The position numbers and the translations under genes are program-made. Source: Octopus sinensis (lineage: Eukaryota). From it: 64,000 nucleotides of DNA. The stretch spans positions 61,628,001 through 61,692,000 of the forward strand of contig NC_043008.1 in NCBI RefSeq assembly GCF_006345805.1, in the 5' to 3' direction. Below the pieces are notes generated by a model. It was given only the letters and a program-made list of their open reading frames with translations, had not been told where the DNA came from and searched no databases. This document shows, piece by piece, positions 26,426 through 37,486 of the stretch (its first letter is position 1; each line of letters begins with the position of its first letter).

Positions 26426-28284
26426 AATGATAACGCCTTCTTGCTGCGACCTAGCAGACAGAGCAGTTCTCATCTCCTTAAAGGAGTAATCTACCTCGTA
26501 AACGAAATGGATGGTCGCTTTTTAGAATATAGTTCTAGAACCAGAACGCTTAAAACAGTAATTTGATGGTATGTTAATCGGAACAATCTAGTTAGCCTCA
26601 TAACAACTAATCGCCAATTCTTGTACGGTATACATTTTCAGTCTCCTCGGTCAATACTACCTTCTGATAGTGAATTGCACTCATTCTCAATTATTGTGAC
26701 CAGACCATTGCAGGATAAAGTTAACTTATTCCTACCAACCTGAAAATATTTGGAAAGAGTCATGAGTTCTGACTTTCAACCAATTTATTTTTATTTCCAT
26801 TAAGATATTTCAATTTCAATACTTATTTCAAATAGGCGTAAATAGATACGTGCCTGGAGACTAATTTTCACTTCTCTTGAAAATCAATAACATTTATGTC
26901 AACGAGGTCGAAGCATCTGCAAGAAACACAACCATTTGTTACTCAAATCAGAATCCACTCTCTTGTATGGCGAGTAAACGAATGTGGTCCCATGTTACCT
27001 GTACATAGGAAGGCGGGTGAAAGTCATGGTTGACTTGAATGATTTTTGTCATATCACTGTTCAGTAGCTGTTGATCTGGTGTTACATAACAGCAGAATAA
27101 ATATCTCTGTATTTCGTCCTGGAGGCGCCAGTATTCGATTATGTATCCTTGTAAAAATAAGTAGCCAAAACTCCCTAAATTTACATTTTGCATTTTTGAA
27201 ATAGAAATATATTGGACAACGTAATCGCCGGTAATCAAATATAATGGTCTGGCACGGTTGGAACATTATTGATCTTGGGTTTATTTGGTTAAGCACGACT
27301 TACAGTTAAATACCTAGAACAAAGGTTAGTCATATCACTGTTTACGCGAAAATTATATTCTCTGTTTGAATTATGTTGCCAAGCAAAATCTACAATATAC
27401 TCGATTTAATATCAGATAAAATGTTGTCATGGAGGTTTAACATCATGGAAAAATCTAGGCACGAACTCCATTTAATCGTCTGGATATTACTCGGAAAACA
27501 ATGGAAAGAGAAATTAAAATAACTCTTATCACTGGACGTTGATTTTAAGATTTGATGAACGCTTTGGTTATTAATGTTCTTCTTGATCTTGTTGCTATTC
27601 TACACACGAATTAGTGAAGTAGTGAACTATTGTATAAACAGAGGAAGGGCTATATTTGTTTTCTTTCGTTTTTCATGAATTCGAAAGAACAAGAAAATAT
27701 ATACGCAAAACCATTTCAAAAGAAACGTTGTATGAGTTATGATATCTTTTGTGCATTGAAGTGCTCATTTTCTTGATGATGTGAGAATAGAATGATTTAT
27801 TTTGATTACACATTCCAATTATTATCAAACTTTGTCTTTATATATACCATCTATCTTTCCGTGACTCTCTGACTCTCTACTGCCTTCAAAAGAAAACGCT
27901 TTCAAAAGATGTTAGATTTATCAATCCGTATATCATGCGAACTAAATGAACTAAACACTCTCGCTTTAAATACATCATTGGACTCTTTATTGCAGATACA
28001 AGCTATCACCAATTTTCTTAAACTGCAGATTCTACATTCATATATGTGTGCAGAGTACCATTAGATATAGTAATGAAATGATTCCAGAAATTGCTTAGAT
28101 TTCCATAATAAAAATTGTTAAGTCGGTGTTTATGGCGGACACAAATAGATTCTTAAGTATAACTGTATTTTATTTAACAAAAGTTTTTGGATTTAAAGTA
28201 ACTCTAGAAGCAATCGTAAGTTACTAATGTTATTCTCCAGCAGCAAAGTCTGAATTCTTTAATCTTTAGTCTTTCACAACATAC

Positions 28285-28642
28285 TTCTTTCAATCGTTAG
28301 ACTGGCCATGCCAGGGTACCACATTCAAAACTTCTAGTCGAATGACTCGAACCTCGTACTTATTTTTAAAGCCTAATACTTATTCAATCGGGTCACTAAA
28401 TTACGAGGACGAAAATGCACTAACATTGGTTGTCAAGCGATGGTGGTAGACAAACACAAACGCAAAGACACACGCCGATACACACATATACACGACGGGT
28501 TCTTTGGGTTTCCGTGTAACAAATCCACTGACAAGGCTTTGGTTGGTCCGAGGATATAGCAGAAGACACTTCCTTAAGGTGCCAAGCAATGGGACTGAGC
28601 TCGGGACCATGTGGTTGGCGTACTATTTTTTGCCACACAGCC
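28285..28642 (-). mobile_element. tRNA-derived SINE family B
   Basis: Reverse complement of the 54256-54663 copy (GGCTGTGTGG head, GGCACCTT..AAGTGTCTTC, internal TG-repeat, GACAACC.ATG). Confidence 0.8.
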
Positions 28643-31600
28643 GGGCGTGATCATATACACAAATATCATAACTATCTAAGATTTTTAAAAATACCTTACT
28701 TGTCTTTAGAATTAAGTTCCATCTAACAATATGGCAGTGTTTATGAAGAGAATGCTATTTAGTTATTGGAGATCAGTCATATTCAATATATTAAATAGTC
28801 AGCGGCGTACAGGAGAGCTTGTTGAACACTATTTTCTTCAGAAGTAATTCAATGAAGTGGAATATATAATTGTGTCGATGTTGCTTTAGGACGAATAAGT
28901 AGAAATAAAGGTTGAAGTTGCACTTTTAAAATGCAGCCACAGTCCAGTTCACATATATTTTACATTTAACTGAAATCAGCTGAAAATAAGAAATGGAAAA
29001 GTTAGTCTATTAATTCATCGATTGTATTTCATGGTGTTCACCATTTCTCATCTCCTCAGTTCAGTTATTTTCTCGATATCCTTACAGTTTGTACCATTAA
29101 TCCCCGTGTTTCAAACTTTGTACAAGACAACACGACAGACATGGCAATGAATAATGTTTAGTTCATATGCTTTAAATTTCTTAAAATTGTCTTAAAATAA
29201 CGCCCCTTCGTATTACTGCTTTTCCTTCTCATTGTATGTTTATGAGACAAAGAACACAAGAAGTAAAATAATTATTTAAAACAAAAATATAAAAACAACT
29301 AGAATAAGCTACTTCTACACCAGTTTGAATGATATTTACCAATTTTATGGGTTTATCCATTTCCGAGGAACAATTTATTTGCATATTGAAACATGACAAA
29401 AATAAACATGAATAATAGTAGTAAAAAGAACCAATCTCTACGTAAAAAAATGAGGCTTCCTGTAATTGTATAATTTCGTTTCAGAAGAATACTATTGACA
29501 TAGATCAAAGTAGTTACATTTTTGAGCAAAACTAATATTAGAAAACAAAGGAAATTCTTGTGATCAAATGATGTGGTGATATCAAGTGTATTTATAATGA
29601 TATAACTTTATAACGCAGGTATTTACTGAGATGTTTCATCGCAGATAATTCTTTTTTGATTAGATGAGAACACAATATACCATTCTGACGCACTGATATT
29701 TTTTTTCTATTTTCCAATTAAAATAATGCTAGTCTAAGAAATTTAATAAGGTTTCATTAGAGGAATAACACGAACAAGAATACACCTCAGTCATTGCTCT
29801 TTTGTAATTTTTTTAAAACTCCATTTCTGTCTGTAATGTAAATAAATAAATACAATATTATTCAATATTAGCATTAAATCGAATAAGATACACGTAAGAG
29901 GAATGTGGAAAATACAAACATAGACGCACATCTATATGTGAATATGTGTAAGCTTATTTTGCGTGTGTTTGTGTATGTAAGTACGAACATACATAGTCAA
30001 GTTAAAACATAAATATGGTATCGGGAATACAACAATCATACTGAAATTCATTTAATGAATACACACGACCACAAACAAATTTGTATATCGATCAGACAAT
30101 GCATACACACACACGCATATGTATGTATATAAATATGTTTGTATATATATATAGCAATAATAATTTATTAAATAAGAAAAAGAATTACAATAAAATCCTT
30201 TATGTCTTCTATTTTTCCCTACTCCTTCCTGAGAAAATAAGTGCCGAAAATTGAATTAGTTCTCCTGATGGAATATTAACAAGTGTTACATTGACGACAA
30301 GGAATATGACTAGGTCAATAGGAAAAACAAAAACAATATGCGGAAAACAACTAAAATTAAAATGAAAATTTTAAGTGATATTAAAAGTGAGATGATCTTG
30401 TAGACAAATAAATTCAACTGAAGTCTCTCTATTAAAATCAATAAATGGTAAAAAGATATTCGCTTCCGAAAACTAAATAAGATTGGGGACAAGATAGATT
30501 TAATTATACTTGTACGTAATAAGTTCAAGATGTTGAAGAATGACTAAAACTTAATATATGAGATAGCATCGATTTGGAAGTTTGGTTGATAGTTTAGGAT
30601 TTTATAATGTGCGATATATATCTTCAAGACCATTGATAGTTGATTCTTTAGAGTGGGCTTTATAACACTAAGCAGAAAAAATCTGGTGTTTTGACTCACA
30701 TTTTCTACTTCAAGACAATCTTCGCTTTGTTAGTCTCAGATCAACATGTCCCCGGTAACGAAACGGTTTGACTGGTGATCTAGGTAATCTGTCATCGCAG
30801 TGCTCAAAAGTTCCTGACATTGGGTAATAGAAAATATAGGATGATCAGTTAATTATGATTTTCCCCTCTCAGATTCACATACATATTGCAGCAGTCCTTC
30901 AGTAATTCTTAACCCCGTAAAAGAACTCGGGAGTTTGGGCCTTCAACCAGGCCTTTCGCGATGCTCTTATAGCCAGGAACGTTTAGCAACCCCTCTTATA
31001 AACTGACAAACCACAAAAAAGATGTAATACTACGTTAATTTGGTGCAAATGCGTCAGCTACACTAGTAGTAATATTACTATCAATTCTTGTGAAAAGGTC
31101 TTTCATCCACAAGGTTTATTCCAACTTAGGTGCTATTCAATTCTAGATACCATTTGTCATACTATACGAAATGTTAGGAGGACACAAGTTATGCTTTCAA
31201 ATTGCGGATATTAATGAATATATTATCATTCTCATACTCATATCTATCTCATGTGATTGATCGGGAGTTAAATATTTTTGAAGTATAGAGCGTTCTTTTT
31301 TCATATCTTTTTCTTTATTACCATGCTACCGTTCTCTTAAACAAATAATATCACATTTATAGTCCGCGCATTCCTTCAATGTTTAACAATTGTCATAAAA
31401 GAAATACCAGGTATATTTCTCTTTTTCCAAATAGGTTATTATCTCAAATTTCAGTATTAGTGACTACAGCATTTGCTCTATAGCAATTCTGATAAGCAAA
31501 ACAAATGTAAGTAATCCTGCCTTGAAAACCTGGACTAAAATAGCGAACATAGCTGTCTGCCACCAATAACTAATGCTAACTCTCATCGTATGAATTTTCC

Positions 31601-32073
31601 ACGTGGGTCAACGTTTCATGGAACCATTTTCTTTATTCTCTCTCTCTCTCTCTCATTCTCTTTCTCACACTCTCTCTCACTCTCAGTCTCACTCTCTCTT
31701 TCACTCTCTCTCTCAGTCTCGCTCTCTCTTTCACTCTCACTCTCTATCTCTTTCTCTCTCTTATTTACAGCATTAGATGAATCTCTAAAGTAGATTAGCC
31801 AAGAACCATATGTATGTACTCTCTCACCTACATACAGTCGACGACAAGCCATACCTTTTCTACGCAAACAGATATGAATGAAAATATCTGAGAAGCCTTA
31901 TTTATGTGTGAGTATATTTGTGTGTGTATATGTGTTAATATGTATCTGTATATTTGTGTATGTGTCTGTGCGCGCGCATCATTATTGCCCACTAAACACT
32001 CTACACACACTGAATTGAGCAAAATTAGAAAGAGATGCGATAATTATGAAAATACCCAGGTTCGAAATTTCCC

Positions 32074-32122
32074 CAAGACACCTGATGATGGCTGGATGGT
32101 ATATCAGCCGAAACGTTGTATT
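32074..32122 (+). ncRNA. Minimal type I hammerhead ribozyme motif in a solo PLE pLTR-like fragment (~32010-32200)
   Basis: CTGATGA (32082-32088), stem II GGCTG/CAGCC (32090-94/32105-09), GAA + palindrome ACGT, and stem I GACAC/GTATT with one mismatch. Confidence 0.7.
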
Positions 32123-32214
32123 AACATCAAACAAGATTAAGACAAATTTCCGTCAAATGTAAATAATGTACATAAAGTACATAATCCCTCATCTTTTAAA
32201 TATAGTGCTGTATC

Positions 32215-32452
32215 ATATTGGATCCCTTTTGCCGATTCATTAAATTACGAGGACGTAGACATATCAACATCAGTTGTCAAGCAGTGCTGGGGGACAAACA
32301 CAGACACTCACACAAGCACACACGCACAGATATACTAAGGGCTTTTGTCAGACTCCGTCAAACACTATTGAATCCATTCCAAAATGCAACGCAGTGGGAC
32401 TGAACCCGTAACTGTGTAGTTGAGAGATAAACATCTCACCACAGATCCACAC
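32215..32452 (-). mobile_element. SINE family B, internally deleted
   Basis: CGCAGTGGGACTGAACCCG and GTTGTCAAGCAGTGCTGGGGACAAACACAGACAC match the reverse complement of the 54256 copy. Confidence 0.7.
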
Positions 32453-32737
32453 ATGCGCTCACATGTGTCTATGTGTGAGTGTTTGTGCGTGTGAGTGTGT
32501 GTGAATACGTGTGCATGTGTGTGTGTTTGTGTGGTGTGTCTAATTGTGCATACGTACAAAGATAGATACATACATGTGTATATATATATATATATAAAAG
32601 TGGTGCTCCAGTATGGACGTAGTCAAATAACTGAAACAATTAAAATAATAAAAGAATAGAAAATATATCTTAGTCAATAGAGCTTTAGCATTTTCACATT
32701 TTTTTGTCTGCATGGTTCACAACGCCTTATGTATGTA

Positions 32738-32777
<40 letters not shown>

Positions 32778-32829
32778 TCAATAAATCTTAGGGAGCGTTG
32801 TTTTTCAGGTTCGTCTGGTATGTGTTTGA

Positions 32830-33744
32830 TTTGGAATTGACGAACTTCTCCTTCAATCCCGGGACAACTCAGAAAACAACCATCATCAACAACTTTCGGA
32901 TAAAATTGATGTAAACCTAAACGAAATCAACACTACACTTAAAACTCTACTTTCGGATAAGATAGATGTAAACCTAAATGAAATCAACACTACACTGAAA
33001 ACTCTACTTACCAATTCAACGCCAAAGAGACCTCAGACACCACTCAACACACAGAAGGAACACATTTCAACCCCAGCACAACGCATTAAAAACCAGATCA
33101 TCACTACTTGGACTAAGAAACTACACAACAGAAAACTTCTCTTCTGGAACATGCTCAAAAACCAAAACAAAGCTGAAATTTACGACAAATGGTTAAACTC
33201 CTCCCCTATCATACTACCCCGAAAATTCCAAATCAAACACATACCAGACGAACCTGAAAAACAACGCTCCCTAAGAGAAAAACTAACATTGGAAAAAATG
33301 AAAACCGAAGTAGAACTTCTAAAACTCAGAGCACAAAACCACGAACATAAATACACAAAAATAGACGATGAGATACTTCTAGAACTAACCTCACACACCA
33401 ACGAACAGCCCCTCGAACTTGTTATTAAACTATGGAAAGATGAATGGGAAAAGGAAGAACGAACCTCCCTCAAACGCTGGGAAAACAACAAAGATTTCTT
33501 CCTCAACTATGAAACACAATTCATATTAAACCATAAATCCAAAAACCCATTCATAAAAGTACCCACAACACAGACTTCCACTGTACCCCATAAACACCAT
33601 TCCAAACCGCACCTCAAATACACATACTCTCCAAATCCCCTCCTAACAGGACACAACCTCCCCCAACCATATAAAAAACCTTTTCCCCCCCCGAAACATC
33701 TCAAACAAGACCCACCACAAAACCTGGTTTTCCAATCACTCTAA
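32830..33744 (+). CDS. PLE upstream ORF (ORF1-like; coiled-coil/helical N-part, Pro/His/Thr-rich C-part)
   Basis: Frame +1 is open from 32830 (no ATG until 33151) to TAA 33742-44. It contains a 19-aa tandem repeat LSDKIDVNLNEINTTLKTL x2 (57-nt period, 32893-33009) and a charged helical region EKLTLEKMKTEVELLKLRAQ..LWKDEWEKEE. Confidence 0.65.
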   Translation, partial: FGIDELLLQSRDNSENNHHQQLSDKIDVNLNEINTTLKTLLSDKIDVNLNEINTTLKTLLTNSTPKRPQTPLNTQKEHISTPAQRIKNQIITTWTKKLHNRKLLFWNMLKNQNKAEIYDKWLNSSPIILPRKFQIKHIPDEPEKQRSLREKLTLEKMKTEVELLKLRAQNHEHKYTKIDDEILLELTSHTNEQPLELVIKLWKDEWEKEERTSLKRWENNKDFFLNYETQFILNHKSKNPFIKVPTTQTSTVPHKHHSKPHLKYTYSPNPLLTGHNLPQPYKKPFPPPKHLKQDPPQNLVFQSL

Positions 33745-34192
33745 CACCCCTCCCCCACCGATTAGAACCTTCAAGAACCTCCCATACACTAGAAATTATC
33801 CCCCCCTCAAGGCTCCCCTCCCTCACACTAATAACAAACAAGGCATCCTACCCACACCGATACATATAAGACCCACCCAACGAACCCCCTATAGTCCACC
33901 CATCCAACAACCACATTCCTACCACATCTCCTACAGATCTCCAAACCCTCACATCCCACACGAACCCAATCACCACAACTACATACCCCCCTACATCCCC
34001 CCATACAATCTACCAGACACACACCCACAAACCCATCGCATTTCTCACAAATCCTTACACCATCGCATCCCATACCAACACAAATACGACAACTACCTAC
34101 CCCCTCCAACCTCCCCACCCAAAAACACTCCTACACATACAACCAGAACTTTAACAAAGAATACACCCCTTACCTCAACAACCATTTTTTAG

Positions 34193-36502
34193 ACAGAGGG
34201 GAAAATACAAACACCACCGCTAACACAGACCCAAAATAAGAAAACAAAAATTATAAACCTCTCCAGCAAAACACTGACACCAACCCAAATCAACATCCTA
34301 GCAAGAGGTTTGAAATTCACACCCACCCCAAGAACACCCAACCCCCCGGAGATCAAGGATGACGTTTCTGAATTCTGCAGAAAACTTCGCCTAACAGAAG
34401 CTTTGACAGATATCAACAATGGGGACGATTCATTGATCAGAAATAAAAGCAACTTCCTACCACCAAAAGGGAGAAATAAAACACTGGACGATTTCTGTAA
34501 ACACATCCAGAGTCTCCCCTTTACCCCAAGCAAAACCAAGGTAAAATCCAATTTCAGTAAGGAAGAATGGGAAAACCTACGTGACATACAACTGGATAAA
34601 AACCTCACCATCAAAGAAGCGGACAAAGAGAGTGCTGTGGTCCTTATGGACACGGAATTTTATAAACACCTAGTGTTCTCCATGCTTAAAAATAACATTT
34701 TCTATGAGGTTATTAACAACTACAAACAGCAAAAAACAATCAGAAACCTCACCACACTCATACGCCAACACGGTCAGGGACTCACAGAAAAAGAAAGGGA
34801 TTATATCACCATTTTCAAATGCAAGCCCAGCCTTTTTTATGGCCTTCCTAAAATCCATAAAAACAAATACATCACCGAAGCCTGCAAACTCTCCACTGAC
34901 ATCCACATCAACATCAAAGCACCAGAGGACCTAAAACTAAGGCCCATCGTGGCTGGTACCTCCTGTGAAACACACCGCCTGAGTAACTTCCTAGACATCC
35001 TTTTCAAACCTTTCCTTACCCACATCAAAAGTTTCATTAGGGATGATCTGGACATGCTCAAACACCTCCCGAAAACAGTTAACGAGGAGGCACTCCTGGT
35101 ATCCTTTGATGTCATCAACCTCTACACCAACATTCCACATGAGTATGGTATAGAGGCAATTGACTTCTGGCTAGAAAAACACCCAAAGACATTCCCTGAC
35201 CGCATTAACAAGTCTTTTATTACAGAATCTCTTAAGTTCATTCTGACAAACAATTTTTTTCTCTTCGACGACACACACTACCGTCAAAAATGTGGCATTG
35301 CGATGGGTACCAAGGCTGCACCAGTCCTTGCGAACCTCATAATGGGTTACTTCGAACTGTCACTCTATGAAATATCAAGCCAGAAATTTGGACATGTTTT
35401 TCACACCTACCTAATGGAAAACTGGAAAAGGTATTTAGATGATTGTTTCATCATATGGAAAGAACCTTATGAAAAACTCCTGGAATTCAAAACCATACTA
35501 AACAACATACATCCCAACATCCAATTCACTATGGAATTAAGCAAACATCATCTCCCATTCCTTGATCTCCTAATTATAAAAACACCAAAGAACCAAATCA
35601 TAACAGACATCTACCACAAACCTACAGACTCACAACAATACCTCCTCTTTAGTTCATGCCACCCAAAACACACCAAGACAAATATCCCTTTCAATTTAGC
35701 TAAAAGGGTATGCACCATTGTCTCGGATCCAAAAACACGAGAAATACGCCTTCAAGACCTCAAAAAAACACTATTACAACGTCAATATCCCTCCACCCTT
35801 ATAGAGTATGGAATAAAACGCGCCAAAGAACTAGACAACACTACACTGAAAACCACCCAACCTAACACCACACACAACCTCAAAATACTTCCATACATTT
35901 CCACCCACAACCCCAAAAATATCGAAGCATACACCACAATCATACAAAACCTCAGTCTACTGTCAACAGACCCAAAAATGAAAAACATTATAAATACACA
36001 CAAAATCCTCAAATGCAAAAGGCAATACAAATCTTTAAAAAAACTCTTGACAAATGCCAAACTTCACACACCACATCCACCCCCAACAGTAAAAAAATGT
36101 GCACGCTCAAACTGTGGTACCTGCCCCTTTCTACTTGAAGGCTCTGAATTTACCTTCAAACAAGGTACGAAGTTTAAAATCAAGACTAACTTCTCCTGTT
36201 CCTCCGAGAACCTTATCTACGTTCTCACATGCGCTGGTTGCCAACATAATTATGTTGGACAAACGAGTCTCCCGTTACGTAAACGAGTAACGGTGCATAA
36301 AGAACAAATAAATCTCCCGGAATACCGACAAATTCCACTGAGTGACCACTTAGACTCATGTGCTAAAGACTTAAACCCCAAATTCTATATATTCCCCTTC
36401 TACCAATGTAAAGACAGGATCACCACACAGGAGAGAATTAACAAGGAGAATCTCTTTATTGAAAAATTCCAAACACAACTTAATATGCAAACTCCTCGTT
36501 GA
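34193..36502 (+). CDS. PLE reverse transcriptase + GIY-YIG endonuclease
   Basis: Open from 34193 (tool ORF 34310-36502). Motifs: IINLS..LT..QINILARGLKFTPTP, ADKESAVVLMD, FYGLPKIHK, LRPIV, SFDVINLYTNIP, GIAMGTKAAPVLANL, RYLDDCF, FLDL, YHKPTD, CARSNCGTC, NLIYVLTCAGC..NYVGQT..LRKR..VH, KENLFIEKF...LN. Confidence 0.95.
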   Translation, partial: TEGKIQTPPLTQTQNKKTKIINLSSKTLTPTQINILARGLKFTPTPRTPNPPEIKDDVSEFCRKLRLTEALTDINNGDDSLIRNKSNFLPPKGRNKTLDDFCKHIQSLPFTPSKTKVKSNFSKEEWENLRDIQLDKNLTIKEADKESAVVLMDTEFYKHLVFSMLKNNIFYEVINNYKQQKTIRNLTTLIRQHGQGLTEKERDYITIFKCKPSLFYGLPKIHKNKYITEACKLSTDIHINIKAPEDLKLRPIVAGTSCETHRLSNFLDILFKPFLTHIKSFIRDDLDMLKHLPKTVNEEALLVSFDVINLYTNIPHEYGIEAIDFWLEKHPKTFPDRINKSFITESLKFILTNNFFLFDDTHYRQKCGIAMGTKAAPVLANLIMGYFELSLYEISSQKFGHVFHTYLMENWKRYLDDCFIIWKEPYEKLLEFKTILNNIHPNIQFTMELSKHHLPFLDLLIIKTPKNQIITDIYHKPTDSQQYLLFSSCHPKHTKTNIPFNLAKRVCTIVSDPKTREIRLQDLKKTLLQRQYPSTLIEYGIKRAKELDNTTLKTTQPNTTHNLKILPYISTHNPKNIEAYTTIIQNLSLLSTDPKMKNIINTHKILKCKRQYKSLKKLLTNAKLHTPHPPPTVKKCARSNCGTCPFLLEGSEFTFKQGTKFKIKTNFSCSSENLIYVLTCAGCQHNYVGQTSLPLRKRVTVHKEQINLPEYRQIPLSDHLDSCAKDLNPKFYIFPFYQCKDRITTQERINKENLFIEKFQTQLNMQTPR

Positions 36503-37130
36503 TCAAACTTCCTTTCTCTACCTCACTCTTCATGGATGGACTAACACAAATATATAAAGATACCATGCATTCATCACTTCAAGCTAAAACTTATATTCTT
36601 TAAATATCATTTTTACTATTGTTGTTATTACTATCATTTTTATTATAAATTATATGACAATTTGAAATGCAATTGTCTATGCAGATTTATATTATTAGAA
36701 AATAATATAAATAAAGTGTTAAAATCTGAAAGTTAAGTTAACAAGCAATTATATAAAAAAGATAATGCAAATGAAGCTAAAATGATAGTTTTATAATTTG
36801 AGTTTTATTGAAGAACCCAAAAGAGTTGTCTCCCCTTACTTACAACACAGGAACTGAAGAACCAGGACCACAATTACTCCTACTTCCTGTCCTGCAACAT
36901 GCTGAATTTAACAACACAACACATCACATGCTCTTAATCCCTTTGGATCTTAACACCTCAAGGTAATTTTTTGGTAAACAACCATAAAACTCAAGATACA
37001 CAACGAACTCACAATGTATCGGAGAACTTATTTTTTTAATTTTTGTACATTTTTATCATTATTCTTTTACAAAAAACAATGCAATTTTCTTTTTTTCCCC
37101 TTTCTAATTTTTAAAAAAACTTCTTAAAAC

Positions 37131-37181
37131 ATATATATTCTTGACAAGTCATACAATGACGAAAACCGGTTGAATAAATAT
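37131..37181 (+). ncRNA. Hammerhead ribozyme motif with U3:A8 core variant at the PLE 3' end
   Basis: Stem I ATATATATTC/GAATAAATAT (9 of 10 pairs), core TTGACAA, stem II GTCA-TACAA-TGAC, GAA, palindrome AACCGGTT. Confidence 0.7.
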
Positions 37182-37276
37182 ATATTTATATATTTTATCA
37201 TTTTCTCATTTTATTAAAATTTTCTTTCATTTGAGCATTCTGCATTTAAAAAAAAAAATTTTCCTTAGTATATATA

Positions 37277-37382
<106 letters not shown>

Positions 37383-37416
37383 ATAATAATAATTATTATT
37401 ATTATTATTATTATTA

Positions 37417-37486
<70 letters not shown>

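Larger units (their letters stand above)
32776..37265 (+). mobile_element. Penelope-like retroelement (Neptune-type), near intact, flanked by (TA)n
   Basis: Intact PLE RT-GIY-YIG ORF, upstream ORF, ~630-nt 3' UTR with a hammerhead motif, and a strongly A/C-rich sense strand. (TA)n tracts lie at 32741-32775 and 37270-37380. Confidence 0.9.

Noticed and set aside
25994-26566. 190-aa poly-Ile ORF
   Set aside because: (ATT)n array plus flanking repeat.
29081-29162. Possible terminal exon after CCTTACAG (CTINPRVSNFVQDNTTDMAMNNV*)
   Set aside because: Short, no recognisable homology, and no partner exons.
34184-34191. TTTTTTA slippery heptamer as a -1 frameshift site linking ORF1 to RT
   Set aside because: It is in frame +1, so a -1 shift leads to frame +3, whereas RT is in frame +2.
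33180-35118. Minus-strand ORFs overlapping the PLE, and those overlapping the CR1 at 49776-51072
   Set aside because: Antisense shadows of compositionally biased coding sequence.
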